Below, one piece after another: positions 9,119 through 18,814 of a stretch of 59,373 bases of DNA. The number at the start of each line of letters is the position of its first letter. The first letter of the stretch is position 1. Origin of the DNA: an uncultured virus (IMG/VR IMGVR_UViG_3300032030_000025) (lineage: Duplodnaviria; Heunggongvirae; Uroviricota; Caudoviricetes). The stretch lies in the IMG/VR virus record IMGVR_UViG_3300032030_000025, positions 62,001 through 121,373 of that record, one strand, 5' to 3'. Made by a program: the position numbers and the translations under genes. The notes beneath the pieces are model-generated. The model was not told the origin of the DNA. It saw only the letters and a list, made by a program, of their open reading frames with translations, and searched no databases.

Positions 9119-12100
9119 ATGAATAACGCGCAAGATTATTCAAAAGTATTATATGTAGAACCAAATTACAATACAAATGCTGAAGAAAAAATTAATACTC
9201 CATATTATTTACACGATATGGAGGATTACTGCATATATGTAGATTTGGAGGTTGAGATATTCGATAGGAATATAGAAGGGTTGAATGGTAGCCATACTTT
9301 GCTCTTCAGTTGGAAGACAAACAAGGATGGAAACGAAACAGCTTCATTCTTATCTGGTTCAAAAATAAGATATGGCGGCAAAGATGGGGACAAGGGGTTC
9401 CAAGTATTGACAACAAATTTTCTCAATACGCATTATGATGATGTTGTTGAAGCAAACACTGAAAAACAATCTCAAAACCCAGAGCTATTTGGTATAAAGT
9501 CGATTGATATTGATTACAATAATTATGCAGTTCCTCAAGTTCAGATTGTGTTTACTGATGTAAGAGGCGCATCGTTATTTGGACCAGAAGAGCATAGACA
9601 CCATAAGACACAAAACGGTATTGGTGGCTTTGCTGATGATGATATTGCAGGTTCTTTCTTCAAGTGTTTTTTCACTTTCCCTTACCCTAAATTCACGTTG
9701 ATGGTGAAAGGTTTTTACGGACAAGGAGTTTCATATCAGCTTACTTGTTCCAAATTCACTACAAAATTCGACAGTAAGAATGGTAACTTTGATGCTACGG
9801 CAGAGTTTGTTGGTTATTCATATTCACTTTTGAATGACATAACTTTAAATGCTGTTCTTGCCGCCCCATTGTCAGATTACGTTGGAATGAAGTATTGGCT
9901 CGATAGGGGTGGCTCGTTGAGCAGCGAGGAAGTTGGAGAAGATAATATTGAGGCAAGTGACAACCAAAGCGATGCATTTACAATCATAGATGCAAATGGA
10001 GAAAAGATAAAGATGCCTACATTGAATAGGATTCTGTCACTTATGGATGACTTGGTATCAGCAAAGCAAGCCGATATGGAAAACAACCGCGATGTATATC
10101 AAGCAGCCAACAACAATACCGAATTGCTGCATCAGTTAAACAATATAATGCAAGTATATGACGGATTGTGTGCCGCAATAATGGAAAGCCTCAAGGACAA
10201 TCCGTTGGTTTATACAGAAACACTTACAAGTGACGGTTCTTCGTGTGATGTTGTAGGAAGCCATATAGTAGGTATCGTGGCATTCACAAAGAGCGACAAC
10301 ACAAATCCTATGGATGTGGTAAATGTAAATTTTGCGCCATATAACCACCAGATAGAAAGTTACAGCAACGGTTTGCCTTCAAATGTCCCACGACTAAAGG
10401 AGGCGAAGGTTTGGTCAGAGGTATTGGACAATACACCAAGAATAAAGAACGATGCCCCTTTGAAGAACTTTAAGGACATAAAGCTACAGATAGGTAAAGC
10501 CATTGCTGATTTTCCAAACAAATTTAAGGATTTGAATGGAAATGTATCTCAGAATGCATATGTGTTTGATGGAACGTATTTCTGTCAACAAATGAATATG
10601 ATTATGCAGAGTCTGACAAATGACAAGATTAGTGCCGAGTTAGCAATAGCTGAATATGATAGCAAGATAATGCAGTCTGTCCTTGGATTCACACCGACGG
10701 TCTCTAACATAATGTCTATCATTCTTGCGCATCTTGAGACACTGTTGCATATCATCTATACAGCCACAGAAGAGGTGGATAATATCAATAACACACCAGA
10801 GTATAGAAAGCTTTCCGAATTCGGAATTTCAACGGCAGAACTGACTGGTTTGGATATTGGAGCTGACGAGAAAGTTCCAGCTTGGCCGAGAATTGTAACC
10901 AAGGAACCTATTACAAACAAATGGTACAATGGATGGATTGGGGATTTCCCACACAATGGAAACATACAACCAGAAGCAAATGCTGTTAATGGTTTGCTTA
11001 ATGGTATAAGATATATTCAAGCATCGATAGACAATGCTGCCCAAGCGTTAAATACGAATGAGGGTACTAATGTTGTTACTTATTGCAAGTCAAGGGTTGC
11101 ATATCCTTTGGTTCCATCTGATATTGTTGAAGAAGAAAATCCTTTTGGCTATAGCTTTTTCAACACAGATTATACTGTAGAGGATGCAGTAAGCAATATG
11201 GAGTCAAATATGTTTGTTCGTATGTGCAATTTGTTCTTGGTTGACAATGTAAGACCGTATAATGATAATGGCAAATATCAATCAACCAATATAAAGGATG
11301 ATTTGGTCACTCAAATGGGACGTATTGATGCCGTTAACTTTTATAGCATATACAAACAGCATTTTTCTAATGATTTCAAGAATCATATAATAAGTGTTGA
11401 CTTCAATGCAGATAGATTTTTTGAGGACTTTAAAAAGCCTAATTACTATTGGAGTGATTTTGATTCAGAAAGCAGATATACACTATGCGACATTAGGAAT
11501 CCTCAAGCACCAATGTCTGTATTCAATGTTTGGTTCGGAAATGAAAAAATAAACAAGAATTTAGTACGTAACGGCGCATCTATTTCATTTATGCTGACTT
11601 ATGGTAGGGCAAGCCATACTAACAGGTATTACTATGACAGTGAAAATGACGAGGGCAATGATAAAGTTATCTATATCAAAGAGAATATAAGATACTTGGA
11701 TAATCTTGATTCTTGCTTCAATGTGTCTGCGCTTAACTTGGAACATGGAAATGACGATACATCAACGTACACTAACCTATTCAATGAGATGTTTGATGAG
11801 AATTGTCATTATAACGGTTCAAGGATTTATGGCGAACAGTTCTCATATTCAAACAGTAATGATAGACACGCAACATATGAGAGGAATTTTTGCTATAAAT
11901 GGACTGTTAGTGATGAGACAATTAAGCTGTTGCCACATAAGAACAACGGCATAATCCCTCTTGCCCCACGAAGCAAGACTGAAGCCGAATCTGATTCAGT
12001 TATTCCAGTAAGGGGCGGTTGGTTCACATCAGACATTGACAATGACGAAAGAGAGGTACAAGTTATTGAAGATGGCAAGGAGAAGACAATATCAATTGAA

Positions 12101-15100
12101 AGGAAAAAGGCTGATAATGATGACCTTGAAAAGCTTGTCAATTGTGAAAATATTGAAAATACTGATGTAACAGAAGAATTTGGATTTATTGTTCCTACAG
12201 TTCAATACTATAATGAGGGCGATTGGTATTCTGTTGTTGGTACTATACCATCAACTGGTGTTACATTGTTTTCTTCACCAATATATTATGCTTGCAGCAA
12301 TCCTATTGGTAGGGCAATGCTGTTCTTGGATAATATGAGGATGCACGATGTGAACAAGTTCATAGATGTTCTTACAAGCGATTCAAAGGATGGTAGTTCT
12401 GCTTTCGTATATACAACAAAGGTAAATGCATTACTTTTAGGTGCATATCTTTATTACAAAGAACATACTGATATGTTTGATAGTATAAAATATTATCAAG
12501 AAGAAGGAATCGGTATTCATGTAGTGCGTACAGATTTGGAAAGAGAATTACATAACGAATATGATAAACTCACCAATGAAGGGGATACTAGTAAAAGACT
12601 ACATAATTGTGGTGACTTGAATAGTAAGATTGATAAGCTACACGAAGGTACGAAGGCAAGATTTGTAAAGTATTTCCTTGATTGGGTAGAGTCTGACTTT
12701 CCAAAATATCAGAATGCTTTTGAGCTTAAGAGTAAGAGCACAAATTCATCTTTGACCGCAAAGGAATGCAAGCAATTCCTTGAATATGCGAAGAACGGAA
12801 ACGAATGGCAGCTTAACAGTTTGGTTGAATCAAATTTCAACAGCAATTATGTATCAATAAACACTAAAGGCGGTATATTCTTTAGGGAAAATACTGAAAT
12901 AGTAAAGAAACTGACAAATTTCACTGTTCAGCCTATTCTGATTATAAAGAATTATTTCAATTCGACCAATGTCGAAATGAACAGATTTGACAATGTTGCT
13001 AAAACAATGACTGATGGTGATTTCTCTTGTTATGTAAGAGGATTCGTGGCAAAAATGAAGGATTTGGTTCAAAATGATTTGGTTGATGAAAGGACATTCA
13101 CGCCAATATCAGCAGTAAAAGAACCCGATACTACAAAGGATATTCAGATTGCACTGTACAAGTACCTTAAGATTCTTCACGACAAGTGGCTTGGTGCTAC
13201 AAGTTTCGACACTTGGAAGATGGAGCATTTCTTCAAGGAGCATTTTGCTTTTATAGATTCATATTATTATGATATTGGTGATAAGGTGATTGTCAACCCA
13301 ATAGATATGTGCAAACTTATCTGTCGTTCAGAAGCCCAACGTAAATTCTCACTTATATCTTTCATTACAACAATGCTACAAGAGAATAACTTGGCATTTA
13401 TGTGTGTACAGAACTTTTTGAAGCTGAAGACAACTGATTATGATAATAGTGGTAAGATGTATGTTGATGCTATGCAAGATATGTTTAAGCCAGTTGCATT
13501 TCTTGATATGAAGAAATTTGATGAAAACCCTTATTTCGTCACAATATACAAGAGTGAACCTTCAACGAGCTTGAATATCAAAGGTTCGATGTATGTAGAT
13601 GATTCTTTTATGTTGAATTATGGTGATTCATCTTTATGGCCAGAGGCAATTCACAGCAAGAGCAATGAGAATGGTTATCCAATACCAGCATTTGGAGTTA
13701 CCTATGGTAGTCAATATCAAAGCTATTTCACTGATGTGAACGTTGGAATGGATAGTGCTATGGTTACTGAACAGTCGTTGCAAGCACAATACATACTTGC
13801 AAGTATGAACAGTAAAACTGGTGGCGAAAGGGTTAATGACAAAGAAAACGGCACATCCGTGTTTGCTGTAGGTCAAGACTTGTATACAATATATGCGAAT
13901 AATTCATATACTTGCACTGTTACAATGATGGGTTGTGCTTGGGTGCAACCGTTGATGTATTTCGTGTTGTTGAATATTCCAATGTTCAGAGGTTCATATC
14001 TTATTGAGAAGGTGAAGCATTCTATTACACCAGGCAATATGGTTACTACATTCACTGGTGTAAGAATGGCAAATACACTTACACCATTTGTAAAGAGTCC
14101 TTTCTATTTGAAGGGTGATACATTGGATGGGACATATGCCGAACAGTATTACAAGGAGGCAAGATGTGCAAGCATTGACAATAACTGTAAGTATGCTTGC
14201 TATCCAATTGGTTTAACGGCTTCGAATGGAGGTTTTGAAGAATCAATACTTGTCGAACCTAAGGGGTTCCAAAAGCATGGTGCAGCAGAAAACGACAATT
14301 TCAAGACACGTTATGACACTTTATTGGAGGCTTTGACTTGTACTGTTATTGCCGAATGCGGCACTAGTGACCAATTAGCAATTGAGCTTGTTGCTACAGT
14401 ATTGTTCAATAGGGTCAAGAACAAGGGTGATTTCCATATATTTGTGCCGAAGCAGATAGCTTATGACAAATATGACTCTCGTAATCATCCATCTGAATAT
14501 GACAAGGTTTTACCTATAGTCAAGAATATATTCGTTAATACACCTATTGTTATTGTCGGTAAGACTACAAATGTAATCAATAGTGTAACGATATATGAAA
14601 ATAATGAAAAGACAGAAGCAAAGACATCTCCAGTTACTATAACCAAAGAAATGGTACAGAAAATGTATATGTACTGTTCAAGGCAAGGGTATGATGAAAG
14701 CAATCCAAATACTGGTGAGGATTATCATCCAAATCCAAAGTTGGAAAAGACACCTTCTATGTGGAGGAAGCAGAAGTACTTATGCCACCATGACCATAGC
14801 AATGTATATGGACACGTATTTACTAGTGGTGATGGGAACAAGACATATTGGGAATATGATGGAAATGCTAAAAAGAACATCAATGATGCTGAAGACAATG
14901 GAATATCTGTCTTGGGTAATAGACTTATTACGGCATTGAATCAGACCATACAAGCGACAGACAGACTAACTTGTGTTGCAAGCGGTGTTTCTCTTGAAAA
15001 TACTGACCCTAATCTTTTCTTGATTAAGTGTGATATTGTAGAGCAAGGCGCAAGTGTGTTCGATATTTTGTTGAACACTTATTCCAATTACATAAGCGGA

Positions 15101-16015
15101 ATCGGTTGGGTTTGCAACGACGTAAATAGTGTATCGTCAAAACAATATCCAGACGCTGTTTTGGTTATGGTTACAGATGGTACGGCTATTGCAAGGGATG
15201 TTGCTATTTACACTTATTCTGATAGCACAATAAAACGAATTGAATCAATTGGAGACTTTGTAAATGATGCGTTCTTCAAGAGCTTGAGCAAGATGTATCC
15301 AGTTGCTGCTGTAAACGGTTTGAACAATTTAAAAAGGGACTGCAAACAGCTTGCTGGTTTGAGTGATGATGATATAAAGAAACTGTTCTCTAAAGTTGAT
15401 ATTATACCTTGTACAAGTGTTATGCCTAAACCAAACGTAAATTTTGCTTCAAAGCCGTTTACACCTTCTTCCCCAAGGATTGGAAAGAATTGGGAAGAGG
15501 TTATTGGTGGTGGATTGGTTGAATGCGGATGTAACAAGTCAAAGGAAGAACAGATGGCTATAATGACAGATTTGTTTGGAGGTTCGTTCCCTTCTTCACC
15601 ATATGGAATGAAGCAGTATCTTGCAGAATTCGAGGTTCCTTGTATGGGTACAGTACGAAAGGTATGGCTTCACAAGAAATTAGGACCAGATATTGTAAAG
15701 GCATTTACCGAATTGAGAGATAATGGCTTTATGGTTAGTGATGTCGGAAGCTATTGTTGGAGATATATAAACAACCCAAGGCTTAAAGGCTCTAATATCA
15801 TGAGCAAGCATTCATATGGTATTGCAATTGACATAAATCCGTTGAAAAACCCATTCTTTAGAAGTGCCGAATCATATAGCGGTGTCGATGATGATGCCAA
15901 CGGAGTGATAAGGACAGTAAACAGCCTAGCTGTTAAGATTCTTAAGAAATACGGTTGGGGTTGGGGAGGAAAGTATGGTGACACTATGCATTTCTCTTAC
16001 TTGAACGGTTCTTAA
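9119..16015 (+). CDS. Baseplate hub / tail-associated lysin with SleB-like hydrolase and C-terminal M15 peptidase
   Basis: Hub-like N-terminus (FGIKSIDIDY, FTDVRGASLF, PYPKFTL.VKGFYG); SYTCTVTMMG..VQPLMYF.L.NIPMFRGSYLI.KV.HSI.PG; TVIAECG...VATVLFNRV; SKHSYGIAIDINP...GWGWGG..DTMHF. Confidence 0.75.
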   Translation: MNNAQDYSKVLYVEPNYNTNAEEKINTPYYLHDMEDYCIYVDLEVEIFDRNIEGLNGSHTLLFSWKTNKDGNETASFLSGSKIRYGGKDGDKGFQVLTTNFLNTHYDDVVEANTEKQSQNPELFGIKSIDIDYNNYAVPQVQIVFTDVRGASLFGPEEHRHHKTQNGIGGFADDDIAGSFFKCFFTFPYPKFTLMVKGFYGQGVSYQLTCSKFTTKFDSKNGNFDATAEFVGYSYSLLNDITLNAVLAAPLSDYVGMKYWLDRGGSLSSEEVGEDNIEASDNQSDAFTIIDANGEKIKMPTLNRILSLMDDLVSAKQADMENNRDVYQAANNNTELLHQLNNIMQVYDGLCAAIMESLKDNPLVYTETLTSDGSSCDVVGSHIVGIVAFTKSDNTNPMDVVNVNFAPYNHQIESYSNGLPSNVPRLKEAKVWSEVLDNTPRIKNDAPLKNFKDIKLQIGKAIADFPNKFKDLNGNVSQNAYVFDGTYFCQQMNMIMQSLTNDKISAELAIAEYDSKIMQSVLGFTPTVSNIMSIILAHLETLLHIIYTATEEVDNINNTPEYRKLSEFGISTAELTGLDIGADEKVPAWPRIVTKEPITNKWYNGWIGDFPHNGNIQPEANAVNGLLNGIRYIQASIDNAAQALNTNEGTNVVTYCKSRVAYPLVPSDIVEEENPFGYSFFNTDYTVEDAVSNMESNMFVRMCNLFLVDNVRPYNDNGKYQSTNIKDDLVTQMGRIDAVNFYSIYKQHFSNDFKNHIISVDFNADRFFEDFKKPNYYWSDFDSESRYTLCDIRNPQAPMSVFNVWFGNEKINKNLVRNGASISFMLTYGRASHTNRYYYDSENDEGNDKVIYIKENIRYLDNLDSCFNVSALNLEHGNDDTSTYTNLFNEMFDENCHYNGSRIYGEQFSYSNSNDRHATYERNFCYKWTVSDETIKLLPHKNNGIIPLAPRSKTEAESDSVIPVRGGWFTSDIDNDEREVQVIEDGKEKTISIERKKADNDDLEKLVNCENIENTDVTEEFGFIVPTVQYYNEGDWYSVVGTIPSTGVTLFSSPIYYACSNPIGRAMLFLDNMRMHDVNKFIDVLTSDSKDGSSAFVYTTKVNALLLGAYLYYKEHTDMFDSIKYYQEEGIGIHVVRTDLERELHNEYDKLTNEGDTSKRLHNCGDLNSKIDKLHEGTKARFVKYFLDWVESDFPKYQNAFELKSKSTNSSLTAKECKQFLEYAKNGNEWQLNSLVESNFNSNYVSINTKGGIFFRENTEIVKKLTNFTVQPILIIKNYFNSTNVEMNRFDNVAKTMTDGDFSCYVRGFVAKMKDLVQNDLVDERTFTPISAVKEPDTTKDIQIALYKYLKILHDKWLGATSFDTWKMEHFFKEHFAFIDSYYYDIGDKVIVNPIDMCKLICRSEAQRKFSLISFITTMLQENNLAFMCVQNFLKLKTTDYDNSGKMYVDAMQDMFKPVAFLDMKKFDENPYFVTIYKSEPSTSLNIKGSMYVDDSFMLNYGDSSLWPEAIHSKSNENGYPIPAFGVTYGSQYQSYFTDVNVGMDSAMVTEQSLQAQYILASMNSKTGGERVNDKENGTSVFAVGQDLYTIYANNSYTCTVTMMGCAWVQPLMYFVLLNIPMFRGSYLIEKVKHSITPGNMVTTFTGVRMANTLTPFVKSPFYLKGDTLDGTYAEQYYKEARCASIDNNCKYACYPIGLTASNGGFEESILVEPKGFQKHGAAENDNFKTRYDTLLEALTCTVIAECGTSDQLAIELVATVLFNRVKNKGDFHIFVPKQIAYDKYDSRNHPSEYDKVLPIVKNIFVNTPIVIVGKTTNVINSVTIYENNEKTEAKTSPVTITKEMVQKMYMYCSRQGYDESNPNTGEDYHPNPKLEKTPSMWRKQKYLCHHDHSNVYGHVFTSGDGNKTYWEYDGNAKKNINDAEDNGISVLGNRLITALNQTIQATDRLTCVASGVSLENTDPNLFLIKCDIVEQGASVFDILLNTYSNYISGIGWVCNDVNSVSSKQYPDAVLVMVTDGTAIARDVAIYTYSDSTIKRIESIGDFVNDAFFKSLSKMYPVAAVNGLNNLKRDCKQLAGLSDDDIKKLFSKVDIIPCTSVMPKPNVNFASKPFTPSSPRIGKNWEEVIGGGLVECGCNKSKEEQMAIMTDLFGGSFPSSPYGMKQYLAEFEVPCMGTVRKVWLHKKLGPDIVKAFTELRDNGFMVSDVGSYCWRYINNPRLKGSNIMSKHSYGIAIDINPLKNPFFRSAESYSGVDDDANGVIRTVNSLAVKILKKYGWGWGGKYGDTMHFSYLNGS

Positions 16016-16062
16016 TTTCTGTTTTTTCCAAAAAAATTATATACTCATTAAAATTTCAATAT

Positions 16063-16665
16063 ATGAATTATCTTGGGTATATATTTTCGAAAGGCAAGGT
16101 TAAGTTGAATTGCAGCTTTATAAAGGTTGTCAAAGATTTTTCTTTGGTTGAGTTAGACAAGCCTTGTTTGATATGTGGTTTATCCGAAGCTAAGGAAATT
16201 GCTTCGGATAAATTTTCTATTTTGAACAAGAAGATTAGTGATAATCTTTATTGGACTTTCGGAAGAACTGAAAAAAGGGACGAGCATGAAAAGGACATTG
16301 CTTCTTTCTGTAATTCTGTATTCAACGAATATGTTGGTACAATAAGGTATATGTACTTGAATGTAATGAATATTAGCTACAGTATAGCAAAAAGACTTCT
16401 GAATTTTGTATTTTCTTCGAAAAAGAAGTATATTTATATATGGAACGAGATGGTTTATATCTCTTGCAACAACAAGACTGTTGTCGGAATATCTATTAAG
16501 ATATGCAGATATTGCGGCATAGACATTATGAAGCTTATGGAATCTGTTTCAAGCAACGAATATAATGTAATAATCGATGATGACAGACAGATACCATACA
16601 ATATACTAAAGGTTGTAAAAGACAAGAGGTTTGCCGTTCCATTTATATTACAATTGAAGGATTAG
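16063..16665 (+). CDS. Hypothetical protein
   Basis: 200-aa ORF, ATG start, co-oriented and closely packed. Confidence 0.6.
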   Translation: MNYLGYIFSKGKVKLNCSFIKVVKDFSLVELDKPCLICGLSEAKEIASDKFSILNKKISDNLYWTFGRTEKRDEHEKDIASFCNSVFNEYVGTIRYMYLNVMNISYSIAKRLLNFVFSSKKKYIYIWNEMVYISCNNKTVVGISIKICRYCGIDIMKLMESVSSNEYNVIIDDDRQIPYNILKVVKDKRFAVPFILQLKD

Positions 16666-16668
16666 AAA

Positions 16669-17055
16669 ATGGAAAAGAAGGAAGTATTAGTTGGTAAATT
16701 TGTAAAGAAAAACAACATCTTGACTTATCTTGAAGGCATACACAACAAGTACGATGTCAAGTACGGCAATTTGTTTGTTTATACAGTAGATGGTAACAAG
16801 TCTGAATATTTGGTTACATTCAAGATATGCTCTGACAAGAAGGTAATAAAGAATGATATTGTCGGTAGTATGATATTACACTACAAGAAGGGGTGTATAT
16901 TCTCGATAAATGCTCTAAACAGCTTGACTGGAAACGAAAACAATGAGACTGTTGATTGGTCGAAATATAATGGCAAACTAATACTTATGTCAAATGGTAA
17001 CATAAATGTAAAGATTGTTACTAAAATAGATGATAAGACTCTTTTTTTCAATTAA
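16669..17055 (+). CDS. Hypothetical protein
   Basis: 128-aa ORF 3 nt after previous stop. Confidence 0.6.
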   Translation: MEKKEVLVGKFVKKNNILTYLEGIHNKYDVKYGNLFVYTVDGNKSEYLVTFKICSDKKVIKNDIVGSMILHYKKGCIFSINALNSLTGNENNETVDWSKYNGKLILMSNGNINVKIVTKIDDKTLFFN

Positions 17056-17060
17056 TAAGA

Positions 17061-17067
17061 TATTTAT
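17061..17067 (+). promoter_or_regulatory. TATTTAT putative late promoter
   Basis: GATATTTATA 13 nt before ATG 17081. Confidence 0.45.
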
Positions 17068-17080
17068 ATAAAAATATGTT

Positions 17081-17359
17081 ATGAGATTTGTAAATAAAAA
17101 AGTAGCTAAAAGGAAACCATATCTGTTGTCACGTCACACGGTTAGCAAGAGTGTGGAAGCTGTTATTACAGATAAGATTGAAGAAAATAATGATAAAAAA
17201 GAAAAAGTTATGACTACTCAAGAAAAGATTAACGCAGCAAGTGAAATTTTAGCTTCACAACCTGTTAAGAAAATAAAGAAGGACAAGGGGCTTATTGAAC
17301 GTACAGAAAGTTCCAAGACTATTTTGACTGAAGACAACAAAGAATTACTTACTGATTAA
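17081..17359 (+). CDS. Hypothetical Lys/Glu-rich protein
   Basis: 92-aa ORF ending GLIERTESSKTILTEDNKELLTD. Confidence 0.6.
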   Translation: MRFVNKKVAKRKPYLLSRHTVSKSVEAVITDKIEENNDKKEKVMTTQEKINAASEILASQPVKKIKKDKGLIERTESSKTILTEDNKELLTD

Positions 17360-17370
17360 GAAACAACAAA

Positions 17371-18288
17371 ATGAACAAGGAATATCTAAAGGAAAACGGT
17401 TTATATGAGGCACACAAGCAATTTATGCGTTTGTGTGAATGGTCATATTATAACCATACTCCGCTTGAGGAAGATGATACCCAAGATGACCAAAACCAGA
17501 TGGGTGGTAATGACCCAATGGGAGGCGGTAACGACCCAATGGGAGGTGGCAACGCTCCTATGGGTGGCGGTAATAACCAAATGGGTGGTGGCGCTGACCA
17601 AATGGGTGGAGGCAACGACCCTATGGGAGGCGGTAACGACCCTATGGCTGGTGGTAATGACCCTATGGCTGGTGGTAATGACCCAATGGGAGGCGGTAGC
17701 GACCCTATGGGTGGAGGTAGTGACCCAATGGGAGGTGGTGATGACCAAATGGATGGCGGTGATGACCCAATGATGGGAGATGACCCTATGATGGGAGATG
17801 AAGAAGACCCAATGGGTGATGAAGAGGAAGAGGACGAGGAAGTGCTTGATATAGATGACTTGACTGATGCCCAAGAGAAGGTTAATGACAAGGTTAACCA
17901 TGTAGGTAGGAATCTTGGTACAATTGACAAGACAATTACAAAGCTCATGAGTACAATAAACAAGATGGAGGATATGATAAACAACACAAATTCCAAGATT
18001 GAGTCCTTGAATCAAGAGTTCCAAAAGAGGGTTAAGACACCTACAGAAAAGTTGAATCTGCGTTCACTTGATTCATATCCATTTAATGTAAAGCCTACTG
18101 ATTATTGGGATAAGTTTGCTGAAGAAAACCCAAACTATGAAATAGGTGAGAGAAATGATGCTCCTACTGGTCAAGACGAATATGTAATCAAGCAAAAGGA
18201 TATTAGCGATAGGAATGACAGAGACATTGAGCATAGCTTCATTGATGATGAAATGAGGCAAGACATCAATAAGATTTTTGGTATTTAA
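17371..18288 (+). CDS. Acidic low-complexity coiled-coil protein (possible head scaffold/core protein)
   Basis: GGNDPM repeats, acidic tract, heptad-like segment, C-terminal PTEKLNLRSLDSYPFNVKPTDYW. Confidence 0.6.
   Translation: MNKEYLKENGLYEAHKQFMRLCEWSYYNHTPLEEDDTQDDQNQMGGNDPMGGGNDPMGGGNAPMGGGNNQMGGGADQMGGGNDPMGGGNDPMAGGNDPMAGGNDPMGGGSDPMGGGSDPMGGGDDQMDGGDDPMMGDDPMMGDEEDPMGDEEEEDEEVLDIDDLTDAQEKVNDKVNHVGRNLGTIDKTITKLMSTINKMEDMINNTNSKIESLNQEFQKRVKTPTEKLNLRSLDSYPFNVKPTDYWDKFAEENPNYEIGERNDAPTGQDEYVIKQKDISDRNDRDIEHSFIDDEMRQDINKIFGI
17500..17820 (+). repeat. Imperfect 21-bp coding tandem repeat (GGGNDPM)n
   Basis: About 13-15 units such as ATGGGAGGCGGTAACGACCCA, decaying into MMGDDP. Confidence 0.9.
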
Positions 18289-18295
18289 TTAAAAT

Positions 18296-18334
18296 AAAAA
18301 TGGCAATAGTTTTACTACTATTGCTATTTTTTTT
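18296..18334 (+). terminator. Intrinsic terminator
   Basis: TGGCAATAGT-loop-ACTATTGCTA followed by T run. Confidence 0.7.
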
Positions 18335-18363
18335 ATATAATAACATTATAAATATATTTTATA

Positions 18364-18648
18364 ATGGAATTAATTTTTAAATTGTTATTCTGTCATTTAT
18401 TTGGAGATTATGTATTACAAAATAACTTTATAGCTAGTACTAAAGGATATAACTGGTATCATCTGTTTGTACACTGTTTTTTGTACGCGCTGCCTTTTTA
18501 TGTTGTGTTCGGAATGTGTTGGCAATTGTATGTTATTATTGCCACACATTTGATTGTTGACGCAGCCAAAGCAAGATATAATTCAATTACATATACACAA
18601 GACCAAATTATTCATTATCTGACAATGGTGATATTTTTTATAGAATAG
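18364..18648 (+). CDS. DUF3307-like small membrane protein
   Basis: HLFGDYVLQ, HCFLY, THLIVDAAK, DQIIH pattern; hydrophobic; AT-rich codon usage. Confidence 0.7.
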   Translation: MELIFKLLFCHLFGDYVLQNNFIASTKGYNWYHLFVHCFLYALPFYVVFGMCWQLYVIIATHLIVDAAKARYNSITYTQDQIIHYLTMVIFFIE

Positions 18649-18814
18649 CACCATTATTTTCGTATATTTTTATGTGACGAAATATTTATAATAAATGGCA
18701 ATTTTGTTGCTGTTTTATTTATTTATTTTGTTTTTTTTATATAAAATTAACACTGGTAAGACGATTTTTAATTTTTTACTTTACAATAATTTTTTTTTAA
18801 ATTTTTTATTTTTT

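Noticed and set aside
17500..17820. CRISPR array
   Set aside because: Contiguous 21-bp coding units with synonymous variation and no unique spacers
17405..18024. Alternative-frame and antisense repeat ORFs (17405-17773, 17443-18024, 17448-17996)
   Set aside because: Shadow ORFs caused by the stop-free tandem repeat
18695..18814. Hydrophobic N-terminal extension (signal or TM) on SSB
   Set aside because: Artefact of translating T-tracts into Phe/Leu; ATG 18815 gives a normal gp32-like start
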